The translations under genes and the position numbers were made by a program. Source: an uncultured Gammaproteobacteria bacterium (GTDB lineage Bacteria > Patescibacteriota > Microgenomatia > Levybacterales > UBA12049). From it: DNA of 64,000 nt. The stretch lies in assembly GCA_964474445.1 (NCBI GenBank), contig CAYYSJ010000007.1:3112-67111 (forward strand), written 5' to 3'. Position 1 is the stretch's first letter. Each line of letters starts with the position of its first letter. Below the pieces are notes generated by a model, which was not told the DNA's origin, did not search any database, and saw nothing but the letters and a program-made list of their open reading frames with translations. Positions 36,623-46,769 of the stretch are shown piece after piece.

Positions 36623-37405
36623 CTATTTCTTCGTATCCGTACTATTTAATACAGATGCAGGCTTTGTCGGTACTGGTGAAAGTGATGGTGCTAGAGCGCT
36701 ATTTAGCCTGTCCTTTCCAAGAATAATAAGGATATCCACCCCATCTTGAGGACTCTCTGTACTTGGGAGATTGGTAACTGTTGCGTTATAGAAAGTTGCT
36801 AACGCTTGTCCGGCACTTTTTGCAAGAGGATTAAATACGACGACTATTGTTTTTGCATAATCAGTATTATTTGCAGTCCCTGTTTTGACAATACTTGCCC
36901 CTGGAAATGTACTTTGAAGACTCGTCTGTTCTTTTCCAGCTAATCCATCAGTTACAGTCCCATTAAGAATTGCAATTTTTGCTTGAGGAGCTTGATTTGG
37001 TTGTGCTCCTACATTAACTGGACCAACATTGATAATTTTGTGAGCACTTGGACTATAGAGAATTGCCATTTGTGATTTTGTAAAGATAAGTACCTTATCC
37101 CCATTTTTTGCAAATTTAAAAAAGATTTGATTATTTAATTTTGAGACATCTGTCACCGTTGCAATCGTTGGAAGCTCATCATTTGGCAAAAGCATGAATT
37201 TTCCTACTTCAGCTGCTAATCTTTTTGCTTCTTCTTGATTTCTTTGCATAACATTTTTTGGTAAGTTTTGTTGATATTGATAATAGAAATATCCACCCGC
37301 TCCGAGACCTATCAACGTAAGAATTACTGCAACAATATAATATATCTTTGCAGAAACCAGAAACTTTACTTTTCTATTACTAAGGTGTGGAATCGTATCG
37401 TTCAT
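36623..37405 (-). CDS. Membrane-anchored LytR_C-domain protein
   Basis: 260 aa. N-terminal TM anchor. C-terminal region 'IAILNGTVTDGLAGK...VKTGTANNTDYAKTIVVVFNP' resembles the LytR/CpsA/Psr C-terminal (LytR_C) domain. Confidence 0.45.
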   Translation of the reverse strand: MNDTIPHLSNRKVKFLVSAKIYYIVAVILTLIGLGAGGYFYYQYQQNLPKNVMQRNQEEAKRLAAEVGKFMLLPNDELPTIATVTDVSKLNNQIFFKFAKNGDKVLIFTKSQMAILYSPSAHKIINVGPVNVGAQPNQAPQAKIAILNGTVTDGLAGKEQTSLQSTFPGASIVKTGTANNTDYAKTIVVVFNPLAKSAGQALATFYNATVTNLPSTESPQDGVDILIILGKDRLNSALAPSLSPVPTKPASVLNSTDTKK

Positions 37406-37542
37406 AACCTTTACTTTATCATAAATTGTATTGCATTACCATTAATACTGCTCTCGAAGTAGCAGTTTATAGTCTATTAAATTCTTCTATTAATAGAGCA
37501 ATAACTAAATAAATTATATTCCAAGTACTGTTAAGCACTAAC

Positions 37543-40500
37543 TTAGTTGCTGGATCCTTTAACAACAGTATAATTTATCACAGGAGCATCCACTGCAGTT
37601 CCTCCGGTTGTGAGAAAAGTAATCTGGAAACTTCCTGCTGCTATATTTGTTACAAATAGCTCATACAGATTAGTTCCTGAATTTTGATTCAAAAGGATCG
37701 TATCTGTTGCTGCAACTGTACTGTTTGTAACAGTAAATGAAGTTGCTGTAGCTGACCCTGCTGCTGAAAAGAGAGTTATTTGACCTGTTGTCTTATTAAG
37801 CGTAACGCCTGTTGATCTACTAGTAAGTTGTGTAACAGTACCTCCTGCTCCTGCTCCATAACCGATTCCAGTTGATCCAGTTGATTTAATAAATCCTGTT
37901 GCAGTCAATGGACCATTAACCGTTGCTCCTGCATTAGATGTTGAATTACCAATGGTAACAAGACCAGAAGTTGCGGAAATAGTATTAATACCTACTGTAC
38001 CTGTTCCTTTTCCATCTAAAGTAAGATTCGTATTGGCACCTGAATCAATTGCAGCAAGGGCTGTCGTGCCTCCTGTCGCGGCTCCTGTTACTGATAAACC
38101 AGTCGCAACAGAAGCTGTACTAGCATTAACTTGAAGTACAGGATTCAATGATCCACCCGCTCCAACTGTTAATGCATTCGCACTAGTTGATGTAACCGTA
38201 ATTGCACCTGATCCAATGGTTCCAGCGCCTGTTATATTACCCGCTGATGTAATTGTAATGTTTGGTGATGTGAGAAAGTTCGTATATCCAGTACCAAAGG
38301 TAAGTGCGTTAAAGTTATTATTTGCAACTGCACTTACATTGGCAAAATTAATACCAGTATTGGTATTGGTTCCACTTGATGGTGCAGTACCAACCATTGC
38401 CACAGAAAGTCCATTCACACTTGTTCCCGCTGCTGCGTTACTGTTTGTCACATTAAATGTTGTTGCTGTACCAGTGGTGTTTGAATAATTTTGAGTAACT
38501 GTTCCCGTTCCAGAAGCCAGTGTTAATGTCTTATTTGCTGATACTGTAGTATTTGCACCTAAGGTAATAGCATTTGCATTGGTAGTACCAATATTAACAC
38601 CCGCCGCTCCTCCGGTATCAAGCGTTACTGCATTTGCACCTGTTGATTGGAATGTAAATGCTCCCGCAACTGCTGGCTGTACAGCAGTCGAGGAGAGAGT
38701 CACGCCGTTATAACTTCCTGCGCCAGTAATAACACCACCTGAGGTAACATTAATGTTTGGTGATGTGACAAAGTTTGTATACCCAGTACCAAAGGTAAGC
38801 GCATTAAATGTATTATTTGCAACTGCACTTACATTGGCAAAATTAATACCAGTATTGGTATTGGTTCCACTTGATGGTGCAGTACCAACCATTGCAACAG
38901 AAAGCCCATTCACACTTGTTCCTGCTGCTGCATTACTGTTTGTCACATTAAATGTTGTTGCCGTACCTGTGGTGTTTGAATAATTTTGGGTAATTGTTCC
39001 CGTTCCAGAAGTAAGTGTTAATGTTCTATTTGCAGCAATTGTTGTATTCCCATTAAGATTGTTCGCTCCAGTTGATGTTGAGAAGGTACCTGTACCGTTA
39101 AAGGTATAATTTGGATTATTTGTACCATTACCGAAATTAAGAGCATTTGCATTGGTATTACCAACGTTGACAGCAGCTGCTCCTCCTGCATCTAATGTCA
39201 AAGCATTAGCACCATTTGATTGGACTGCAAGCACTCCAGCAGATGTTGGCTGAATAGTACTACCAACTGTAATGTTTGCACCAGTAACGGTTAATGTTCT
39301 GGATGTTGTACCTCCTGCAACGGTAAAACCATCTGCTGCAGAGGTTAAGGTTAACCCATTGACGGTACTGGATGTCGCAAGCGGACCACTCACGGTTGTT
39401 GTCACGCCTGATCGTCCGATTGTCACACCATTTGCATTTGTTGTCCCAATATTGATTCCTGCTGCTCCTCCTGCATCAAGGGTGAGGGCTGTTGCTCCTC
39501 CGGAAGTAACTGACAGTGCTCCAGATCCCGTAATATTCCCGCCAGCAGTAAAGGCAGGCAGGGTTAACCCAGTCGTTGTTACTGTTCCATTGATGGCTGG
39601 AGCTGTTAATGTCTTATTTGTTAATGTCTGGGTTGCTCCGATACCAACAACCGTATCGGTTGCCGTTGGGAATGTCATGGTTGTTCCATCGGTACCTGCT
39701 AAGGTTAAGGTATTGCTGACTGTTAATGTTTTAGCTGTTGTTCCACCAGCAATCCCAAACCCTGTTGCATTTGCCGTAAGGGTAAGACCATTAATTGCAC
39801 CGAAACTTGAAATGGTTGGAGAACCTGAACCAGTAATATTGCCACTGGCAGTAAAGGCAGGCAGTGTTAATCCTGTCGTTGCGACTGTTCCATTGATTGT
39901 TGGAGCTGTTAGTGTTTTGTTTGTTAATGTTTGTGTCGCCCCGGTACCAACAACGGTATCGTTCGCAGTTGGGAACGTCATGGTTGTACCATCAGTGCCT
40001 GAAAGGGTAAGTGAGTTATTTGCAGTTAATGTTTTTCCACTCGCTACAGTTAATCCGTTCACTGTTGTTGCATTAATTGTTCCAGAACCAGAAGTCGTAA
40101 GTGATGCCCCTGTTCCAACTATCATAGCTGCGCCTGTATTTGTACCCCCACTGAGTGTTGAGAAAGATGCGCCAGAGCCTGAACTTGCTGCAATGGTAAT
40201 ACCTCCTGCAGCATTTGTAATAGTTACTCCAGATCCAGCAGTAAGAGTTCCTAGACTGTATCCACTACCATTTCCAATTAATACCTGTCCATTTGTTGGT
40301 GTTGTCGTTACTCCGGTTCCACCATTACCAACAGGAAGCGTCCCTGTGACATCTGAAGAAGCAAGATTTGTTGCTGAGGAGGTAATACTACCAGAGCCAT
40401 TACTATGTAATATTCCCGATCCTAATGCACCAATTGTTAATCCACCTGAAAGATTGAGATTACCATTATTATCTATAGTAGCCTTTGTTAAGTTAAGGGC

Positions 40501-41487
40501 TGACCATCTATTACTTGATGTACCAAGTTGACCAACGCCTGATTGAGCAGGATACAAATCACCACCCGTAGAACCCAAAACTGCCCCATCTCCAAGTGCA
40601 CTTGAGTTTGTCCCAGCATTCGCTTGAGCAGAATTATACGTAGTTAACACACTACCTTCTGTTAACATAACATCATCAAGATATACAGCTCCACTTGTTA
40701 GTCCTTGAACCTGGAACATTGGATAATAATTTTTGCTATCAGTAATAAGTCCTCCCGTAGTCACTGTTGTTGAAATCCTATACCAATCTTTTGTTCCAGA
40801 TATTGTTATATTTTTAAATGAACCCTCTTTATTATTTTGTTCATCCCAAAACCCAATACGGAAGGTTGCATTAGAAGCATTGACATTTTTTACCCATGCA
40901 GAAAGTGTATATGTTCTCTGTGGAGTTGTTTTTGTGTTAGGTTGAGAAATACCAAAATTACCTGTTCCTCCACCAACAAACTTAAGTCCATAGCTTCCTG
41001 AATGAATTCCCTCTTGAGAAATAAAGGTATTCCCAGAATTTGAATCAAGCTGAGTATTCCATTGTGAGGGAATACTTCCAGTTCCGCCTGCCTCAAAAGA
41101 AGAATTTCGAAGAAGATTTACTCCGGCTGTATCTACAACTAAGGCATTTTGAGAAGGTGCTTGATTGAGGGAGCTTATTTGTAATGACAGATTCCCTACT
41201 TTTTGTTGAAGTGCTGCAAACGCGTCTGGATCAATACTTATTCCTTCTACCGCTCTTGTTTGAGGTTTTGACGCATTCACTACCAATGTATTTGTACTCT
41301 CATAAGGAGTCTTCCCTTGAAAGACAACGTTCATCACAGAACCCAAAAAATTTCGCATATCTTGTCCGCCAAAAGCTTGTGCACTTGGGACCTGAGAGAG
41401 GACAAGAATCACGATAAACGACGTTGCAATCAGAAACTTTCGTAAGGAAACCTTTGCTCTTTTTCTTTCTTTTTTGTTTTCTTTCAT
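37543..41487 (-). CDS. Giant secreted Thr/Gly/Asn/Ala-rich repeat protein with N-terminal CBM4/9-like carbohydrate-binding module and beta-helix-like repeats (surface adhesin/fibre candidate)
   Basis: 1314 aa. Signal peptide/anchor 'FLIATSFIVILVLSQVPSAQA'. CBM4_9-like block 'NLLRNSSFEAGGTGSIPSQW...GSYGLKF...YTLSAWVKN'. Then ~1000 aa of low-complexity T/G/N/A repeats with recurring 'TQTLTNKTLTAPxINGT' and 'TLTL(S/A)GTDGTTMTFPTA' units. Confidence 0.7.
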   Translation of the reverse strand: MKENKKERKRAKVSLRKFLIATSFIVILVLSQVPSAQAFGGQDMRNFLGSVMNVVFQGKTPYESTNTLVVNASKPQTRAVEGISIDPDAFAALQQKVGNLSLQISSLNQAPSQNALVVDTAGVNLLRNSSFEAGGTGSIPSQWNTQLDSNSGNTFISQEGIHSGSYGLKFVGGGTGNFGISQPNTKTTPQRTYTLSAWVKNVNASNATFRIGFWDEQNNKEGSFKNITISGTKDWYRISTTVTTGGLITDSKNYYPMFQVQGLTSGAVYLDDVMLTEGSVLTTYNSAQANAGTNSSALGDGAVLGSTGGDLYPAQSGVGQLGTSSNRWSALNLTKATIDNNGNLNLSGGLTIGALGSGILHSNGSGSITSSATNLASSDVTGTLPVGNGGTGVTTTPTNGQVLIGNGSGYSLGTLTAGSGVTITNAAGGITIAASSGSGASFSTLSGGTNTGAAMIVGTGASLTTSGSGTINATTVNGLTVASGKTLTANNSLTLSGTDGTTMTFPTANDTVVGTGATQTLTNKTLTAPTINGTVATTGLTLPAFTASGNITGSGSPTISSFGAINGLTLTANATGFGIAGGTTAKTLTVSNTLTLAGTDGTTMTFPTATDTVVGIGATQTLTNKTLTAPAINGTVTTTGLTLPAFTAGGNITGSGALSVTSGGATALTLDAGGAAGINIGTTNANGVTIGRSGVTTTVSGPLATSSTVNGLTLTSAADGFTVAGGTTSRTLTVTGANITVGSTIQPTSAGVLAVQSNGANALTLDAGGAAAVNVGNTNANALNFGNGTNNPNYTFNGTGTFSTSTGANNLNGNTTIAANRTLTLTSGTGTITQNYSNTTGTATTFNVTNSNAAAGTSVNGLSVAMVGTAPSSGTNTNTGINFANVSAVANNTFNALTFGTGYTNFVTSPNINVTSGGVITGAGSYNGVTLSSTAVQPAVAGAFTFQSTGANAVTLDTGGAAGVNIGTTNANAITLGANTTVSANKTLTLASGTGTVTQNYSNTTGTATTFNVTNSNAAAGTSVNGLSVAMVGTAPSSGTNTNTGINFANVSAVANNNFNALTFGTGYTNFLTSPNITITSAGNITGAGTIGSGAITVTSTSANALTVGAGGSLNPVLQVNASTASVATGLSVTGAATGGTTALAAIDSGANTNLTLDGKGTGTVGINTISATSGLVTIGNSTSNAGATVNGPLTATGFIKSTGSTGIGYGAGAGGTVTQLTSRSTGVTLNKTTGQITLFSAAGSATATSFTVTNSTVAATDTILLNQNSGTNLYELFVTNIAAGSFQITFLTTGGTAVDAPVINYTVVKGSSN
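38258..39030. repeat. Near-identical 495-bp (165-codon) tandem duplication inside the giant protein gene
   Basis: Antisense ORFs 38216..38488 and 38753..38983 translate to near-identical peptides, giving a period of exactly 495 bp. On the coding strand this duplicates 'TLTL(T/A)SGTGT(I/V)TQNYSNTTGTATTFNVTNSNAAAGTSVNGLSVAMVGTAPSSGTNTNTGINFANVSAVANN'. Confidence 0.7.
39540..40010. repeat. Diverged ~303-bp (101-codon) tandem repeat inside the giant protein gene
   Basis: Two ~85% identical nucleotide blocks starting near 39547 and 39850, coding 'TLTL(S/A)GTDGTTMTFPTA(N/T)DTVVG(T/I)GATQTLTNKTLTAP(T/A)INGTV..TGLTLPAFTA(S/G)GNITGSG'. Confidence 0.55.
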
Positions 41488-41546
41488 AGAAATAGCATTA
41501 CATATTCATGATGAAGATTATGTGAAGAAAATACTGTATTTCTTGT

Positions 41547-42620
41547 TTAATTTGAAGGTAAAGCTTGTGCAGATGTATGAAGAGGTAGTTTTATAGTTAC
41601 CGTTGTTCCTTTCCCGAGCTCACTTGCTATGTGAATGTTTCCATTATGTTTTTCTAAAATCATTTTTGTTATGGTAAGCCCTAACCCTATACCTTCCGTC
41701 TGCTTACCTTTATTATTTCCACGAAAGAATCTTTGATACAGATAGGGGAGATCTTCTTTTGAAATTCCTACACCTGTATCCGAAATTACAATGCTTACAT
41801 TATTTTTTTCTCTTCTACTACTGACTATTATTTTCCCCCCCTTATTTGTGTATTTAATTGCGTTTTTTAATATATTAACTATAGCCTGTTCCATACGTAT
41901 CGAATCTCCTAATAAAGAGACTTTTGGCAACTTTTTAACAATAAGTTCTATTTCCTTTCTATCTGCTATATAACGCATCCGTATAATTGCCTGATCTATG
42001 ACACTATCCAGAAGGAAAGGAATAGTAATAAATGTTTCTTGGTATGTATCGTTACGAGATAAAAAGAGTAAATTGTCTAAAATAAGCTGAATTCTCTCGA
42101 TTTCATTACGATTAGCTCTTCCAGCAGCTTGTCTTTGCAGTAAAAGATCTTTTTGACTCTTAAAATCTTTGATATTTTGTTGTAAAAATATTTCTAAATC
42201 TGCTTTGATGATAGAAAGAGGAGTACGAAGCTCATGAGAAGCTTCTGCTAAAAAATTTTTTTGATTCTCAACAATTTTTTTGAGAGGCCTGATTCCAAAA
42301 CCAGCAAGGACATAACTAATACCAATTACTACAAAAAACATGAATACATCTTCAGGCTGGATACTATATAATGTTAATGTTGCTAATCTTGTTGCTCTGT
42401 TTATAAACCTTTGCCTTCGAGAATCAGTAGGATTGGATATTTCATTTGAAATTATCACTGCTTCCTCTGTAAACTCTCTGTGAAGAAGGGTGAGATAGAA
42501 TAAGATCCCACTTACAATAACGAGCGTATAAATAATTGTTAGTTGTAATTGCGTCGATGTGAAAGGATTATTTTTTAAGTTGATAACCCACACCACGAAT
42601 CGTTTCCAAAATGTTTTCAT
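41547..42620 (-). CDS. Sensor histidine kinase
   Basis: 357 aa. Two N-terminal TM helices, HisKA H-box 'EASHELRTPLSII', HATPase_c G-boxes 'DTGVGI' and 'GIGLGLTI'. Confidence 0.85.
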   Translation of the reverse strand: MKTFWKRFVVWVINLKNNPFTSTQLQLTIIYTLVIVSGILFYLTLLHREFTEEAVIISNEISNPTDSRRQRFINRATRLATLTLYSIQPEDVFMFFVVIGISYVLAGFGIRPLKKIVENQKNFLAEASHELRTPLSIIKADLEIFLQQNIKDFKSQKDLLLQRQAAGRANRNEIERIQLILDNLLFLSRNDTYQETFITIPFLLDSVIDQAIIRMRYIADRKEIELIVKKLPKVSLLGDSIRMEQAIVNILKNAIKYTNKGGKIIVSSRREKNNVSIVISDTGVGISKEDLPYLYQRFFRGNNKGKQTEGIGLGLTITKMILEKHNGNIHIASELGKGTTVTIKLPLHTSAQALPSN

Positions 42621-43254
42621 ATCCTACCTCCTTTAACTTCTTTCTAATATTTTTAACATGTACATCTACCACATTAGAAAATGAGTCAAAATTAATGTCC
42701 CAAATTTTTTCTAATATCTGTTCTCTTTCTAAAACAGTATTTGGATGTTCCATAAGGTATTGAAGAAGATTAAATTCTTTAAGCGTTAATATAAGTTCTT
42801 TTTCTTGATAGAGAACTTTTCTCATTGCTGTATTAAGGATAAGGTCACCAATACGCAATTCTGAAGTAATATTTTGTGCTTTATGAGATCTACGCACCAA
42901 TGCACGTATACGAGCAAAAAGAATATCAAATGAAAAGGGCTTTGTGAGGTAATCATCAACACCAGCATCAAGACTTGTAATGATATCTTCAGGTGTATCT
43001 TTTGCGGTGAGCATAAGAACAGGTATCGTTAATCCTTGCCTCCGTAACATTTTGCATAGTTCTACTCCGCTCTTACCTGGAAGCATAAAATCAAGCAAAA
43101 GCATATCGATACTATCCTGATTTCGAGAGATAAAAAGCTCTGCATCCTCGGCAGAAGAAAAACTGTACGCTGTATAGCCTTGTTGTTTGAATCCTTTTTT
43201 AAGATTTTTTGCCAGTCTTTCTTCGTCCTCAATAATCAAAATTTTCATATTCAT
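42568..43254 (-). CDS. OmpR-family response regulator
   Basis: Receiver domain ('KILIIEDEE', 'LLLDFMLPGKSG', 'LTAKD') plus C-terminal winged-helix trans_reg_C. I prefer the start at 'MNMKILIIED' over the track start 43284. Overlaps the kinase gene. Confidence 0.85.
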   Translation of the reverse strand: MNMKILIIEDEERLAKNLKKGFKQQGYTAYSFSSAEDAELFISRNQDSIDMLLLDFMLPGKSGVELCKMLRRQGLTIPVLMLTAKDTPEDIITSLDAGVDDYLTKPFSFDILFARIRALVRRSHKAQNITSELRIGDLILNTAMRKVLYQEKELILTLKEFNLLQYLMEHPNTVLEREQILEKIWDINFDSFSNVVDVHVKNIRKKLKEVGYENILETIRGVGYQLKK

Positions 43255-43427
43255 AGTATGCACCGTCCATAATGAAGATTTCATGAAGAGTTAATGCTTT
43301 TGCTTACTATAACATAACTTTAGTTTTTTTAGTAGGGAAATGATCATGTAAGATATACAATTCAACGGTTCTTATCACAAGCAAAGAGGGTGTACTGAAT
43401 GAATGTGGATCTTAATCTAAAGTAATA

Positions 43428-44423
43428 TTATTCTTTTTTAAGAATTGCATACGATGAGTTACCAAGCAATATATTACCTGAGACTACTGTTTGTATATTG
43501 CTGAGTTTATTGTTTTGTATTGTTGCATTCATTAAGTTATATCCACTATTTCCTTGTGCTTGCAAATAATAAATGACGTTTTTCGTGTTAGAAAATGCTG
43601 GATACGCAAGATCGCCTGATAGTAATGTACGGATATTTGAAAGCCCACTTGTACTATCAAAATCAGCAATATATAGTGTCACGCTAGTTGATCCATCATT
43701 CCTTCCTAAAAACAGAAGCTGCTTCCCATCAGGTGAGAATGCTGCTTGATATGCATTTTGATTTTCAAAGGTTAAGGTTGTTATCAGTCCCGTTGTATTA
43801 TCAAACTGTTCGATCGTTGAATATGGCATTAATGTTTGAGGATCATATTGATAATAATCATAAAGGATAATATTGCTATTAACTGGATTAAACAAAGGAT
43901 GAGCAAGTCCTCCCGAGTACGGACTGGGTTTTGCGACATTGGTTGATTTTCCAGTTGCTAGGTTTAATACATACAACGCATTGTCTGGCACATTGGTTTG
44001 TGCTTTATCTTTATCAGATACGTAGGCAATTCTGTTTTGAGCAGGACTCGCAGCAGGATCTGTGATCCAACTCATCGTATCGATAGTATCGTTATTTCCG
44101 CTAAAAAGTGTTTTTATGATATTCCCTTGTTGATCAAACATCAGTAAAGAAGCATAGTTTGTTGTTTTTTCAATGGCTGCAAAGGTATTTCCAATTTTTA
44201 CGGGCTCGATGAGATGTTGCCCATGGGTAATTTGTGCACTACCTTGATGTGATACTTGATAGATATCTCCTTGGTTACTAAGAACAATGACATCTGTTGG
44301 AGGAATATTTTTTGTGCTAAAAGTAGCCATTGTTTGGCCTCCTTGGTGCGTTTGGAAAAACGCAACAAGAAAACCAAGAACACATGACACAATACTTAAG
44401 AAGAGTAATCTTCGTTTTCTCAT
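43428..44423 (-). CDS. Secreted beta-propeller protein (TolB-like repeats)
   Basis: 331 aa. N-terminal signal anchor. Repeated 'SPDGKQLLF..DGSTS.LYI'-type blades typical of TolB/WD40-like beta-propellers. Confidence 0.5.
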   Translation of the reverse strand: MRKRRLLFLSIVSCVLGFLVAFFQTHQGGQTMATFSTKNIPPTDVIVLSNQGDIYQVSHQGSAQITHGQHLIEPVKIGNTFAAIEKTTNYASLLMFDQQGNIIKTLFSGNNDTIDTMSWITDPAASPAQNRIAYVSDKDKAQTNVPDNALYVLNLATGKSTNVAKPSPYSGGLAHPLFNPVNSNIILYDYYQYDPQTLMPYSTIEQFDNTTGLITTLTFENQNAYQAAFSPDGKQLLFLGRNDGSTSVTLYIADFDSTSGLSNIRTLLSGDLAYPAFSNTKNVIYYLQAQGNSGYNLMNATIQNNKLSNIQTVVSGNILLGNSSYAILKKE

Positions 44424-45454
44424 TGCGCTATTCCCTCCTCATTCGATAGACTCTTCAGGGTTACTTCTCCAGCATTTTCCCCAAAAATTTGTGTCACTAA
44501 TGTTGCTGATTGAGAAGCGTCTGCAATAACAATGCTTTGTCCATCAGTAGAATTCCCTACTGTCGAATAGGTTGGAGGAGAAAGCGTCAGTTGTTTTACT
44601 GTTACATTCTTATTGGTCAAAAAGAACAAACCAAGTTGTGCCCCATAAGCTGGAGAAATATCAGTTTTCATCTGTCCATTCAGACTTTGTAAAATGCTTG
44701 GCAGTTTCGCAAAGGATGATTTTGAGTGAAGGAGTGTATCTTTCAACGTTAAGAGCAACTGTCTTTGTCGTTGTGTGCGTCCAAAATCCCCAATAAGATC
44801 TTCATGCCGAGAACGCACGTACTGAAGCGCTTGTTCCCCTGTCATATGTTGCATGCCAGCTTGGATATCAAGGCGTTGATATCCGTACGGATTTGAGCTA
44901 TTGATATCTGTTGGATAGGAGTTATCCAAAACCGGATGAACTACCTGCAAATTTATTCCTCCAATCATATCAATACTTTGAATGAAACCATAGAGGCCTA
45001 CCCAACCATAATGATCAATAGGGACGCCAAAGGTTTGCTCAACCACTTTAATTGCACTTGGAATCCCATCATACTCAGCAGCTTGGTCTATCTTACCATA
45101 CGTTTGCCTATCAGGCATTTTCACCCAAAGATCTCGTGGGATAGAGAACATATCTACTTCTTTTTTAGCGTAATCGATATGGACTACCATCATGGTTTGC
45201 GTTAAGGGATTACCCGTAAATTTCTGATCGTTATCGCTTCCCAGCAAAAGGATATTCGTCTGGTTAGGCAACGATGTGACATTGGCTACATTTTTCACCG
45301 AAACACGTTGGTTCATTGCTGCTGTAATAAATTGCTGGAGTGAATTCAAATAATAGACTCCATATCCCAAGAAAAAACAAACAATGATAACAAGAGCAGC
45401 AAAAATCAAACGGACAATGAATGGCTTTTGTTTCTTTTCGGGAACATCATGCAT
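44420..45454 (-). CDS. LytR-CpsA-Psr (LCP) family cell-envelope polymer transferase
   Basis: 344 aa. N-terminal TM anchor, LCP core 'NILLLGSDND...TQTMMVVHID...MFSIPRDLWV' plus downstream conserved Arg residues. Confidence 0.8.
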   Translation of the reverse strand: MHDVPEKKQKPFIVRLIFAALVIIVCFFLGYGVYYLNSLQQFITAAMNQRVSVKNVANVTSLPNQTNILLLGSDNDQKFTGNPLTQTMMVVHIDYAKKEVDMFSIPRDLWVKMPDRQTYGKIDQAAEYDGIPSAIKVVEQTFGVPIDHYGWVGLYGFIQSIDMIGGINLQVVHPVLDNSYPTDINSSNPYGYQRLDIQAGMQHMTGEQALQYVRSRHEDLIGDFGRTQRQRQLLLTLKDTLLHSKSSFAKLPSILQSLNGQMKTDISPAYGAQLGLFFLTNKNVTVKQLTLSPPTYSTVGNSTDGQSIVIADASQSATLVTQIFGENAGEVTLKSLSNEEGIAQ

Positions 45455-45466
45455 ATAGCTTTTCTA

Positions 45467-46762
45467 TTATACAAGGGAAATCAGCTTCTTTGAGCGATGA
45501 TTATAGGAGAAAAGTTGGGTATAGGAACCGATATCGATTGCTGCTCTAAACTGAAGCATTGCATCTTCTGTAGGGAAATATTGCTCTAAGTGTTCTATAA
45601 CCTCTCTTTCCTCCATAGTATGATGTGGGCTTTCTTGTAAACGTTTTATAATATATTGGATAAGGACGATATTTCCTTCTGCTTGTGTACGAAGAATTTC
45701 TCTTGCTTTCTCTTGCAACGCATTAGCAAATGCAAGACCAACTTCTGTTAAAAGTATTTTATTTCCCTCAATGCCACCAAAGCCTAGAATATCAATAAGG
45801 CTGGTTAAATGAAGCATTTCTGCAACTGAAACAGTGTTTTGAACCGAATGGAGATCTACTTTACCACCAAACGCAGCAATACCCTTTAAGAATCCTTTCA
45901 TTGTATGAATGCTTACCAGCGGTAATACTTGATACGCAGATTTTTCTTCTGCAACCGAAAGTTCTTGCACTCCATGAATAAGCTTTGCAGGACTGACATG
46001 TGGATTTGTCATGATTTGATAAATACTATCAACAAGCTGTAACCTCTCTGGAGTTTTCGTTTTTCGTTTTTCAACTGATAAGCCTGGTACTTCCACCCGA
46101 AACCTTCCCGGATTTGCTGAAAGAACAAACATTCGATCAGCCATACTAACTGCCTCATCAATATTGTGTGTTACCATCACAATTGTTTTGGTTGGAATCT
46201 TTTTCTCAAGCCATAAAGAAAGCAACTCATGGCGTAAATTTTCTGCGGTTAAGACATCAAGAGCAGAAAAAGGCTCATCCATGAATAGTATCTCAGGCTG
46301 AACAACAAGTGCTCGCGCAAAGCCAACTCGCTGTTTCATACCCCCTGAAATCTCTTTTGGAAATGCTTCCTCAAATCCTTTCAAGCCAATAATCTCAATA
46401 ACTTCTTTTATTCTTTTTTCTTTTTCGTCTTTTGAAATATTTTTTGCAATAAGACCAAGAGAAACATTTTCGCGAACAGTAAGCCACGGATAAAGCGCAA
46501 AGTTTTGAAAAACAATTGCAGCATAGTGGTTCGGTCCAGCAAGAGACTTTCCATTCACCATAACATGTCCTGTAGAAGGAGGAATAAGACCGGCAAGGAT
46601 GCGAAGAAATGTTGACTTTCCGCAACCTGATGGACCTAAGAGTGCAACAAATTCACCTTCATGAACAGAAAGGTTTAGATTATCAAGTACTACTTTTTTT
46701 GTTTTTCCATCTCCATACCATTTATGGATATGCTTTGCTTGTAATAAACTGTTTGACTCCAT
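45467..46762 (-). CDS. ABC transporter ATP-binding protein (NitT/TauT-type) with ~200-aa C-terminal extension
   Basis: Walker A 'LGPSGCGKSTFL', signature 'ISGGMKQRVGFARAL', Walker B 'ILFMDEPFSALD', H-loop 'VMVTHNIDEA'. I prefer the start at 'MESNSLLQAKHIHKWYG'. The C-terminal half has no recognised motif. Confidence 0.8.
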   Translation of the reverse strand: MESNSLLQAKHIHKWYGDGKTKKVVLDNLNLSVHEGEFVALLGPSGCGKSTFLRILAGLIPPSTGHVMVNGKSLAGPNHYAAIVFQNFALYPWLTVRENVSLGLIAKNISKDEKEKRIKEVIEIIGLKGFEEAFPKEISGGMKQRVGFARALVVQPEILFMDEPFSALDVLTAENLRHELLSLWLEKKIPTKTIVMVTHNIDEAVSMADRMFVLSANPGRFRVEVPGLSVEKRKTKTPERLQLVDSIYQIMTNPHVSPAKLIHGVQELSVAEEKSAYQVLPLVSIHTMKGFLKGIAAFGGKVDLHSVQNTVSVAEMLHLTSLIDILGFGGIEGNKILLTEVGLAFANALQEKAREILRTQAEGNIVLIQYIIKRLQESPHHTMEEREVIEHLEQYFPTEDAMLQFRAAIDIGSYTQLFSYNHRSKKLISLV

Positions 46763-46769
46763 ATATAGA

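Noticed and set aside
38216-40531. Plus-strand ORFs 38216..38488, 38753..38983 and 39272..40531 (419 aa, Val/Pro-rich)
   Set aside because: They lie antisense to the giant repeat-protein gene. Their near-identity only reflects the coding-strand tandem repeat, and their V/P/A-rich composition is the expected mirror of T/G/N codons. I used them only to measure the repeat period.
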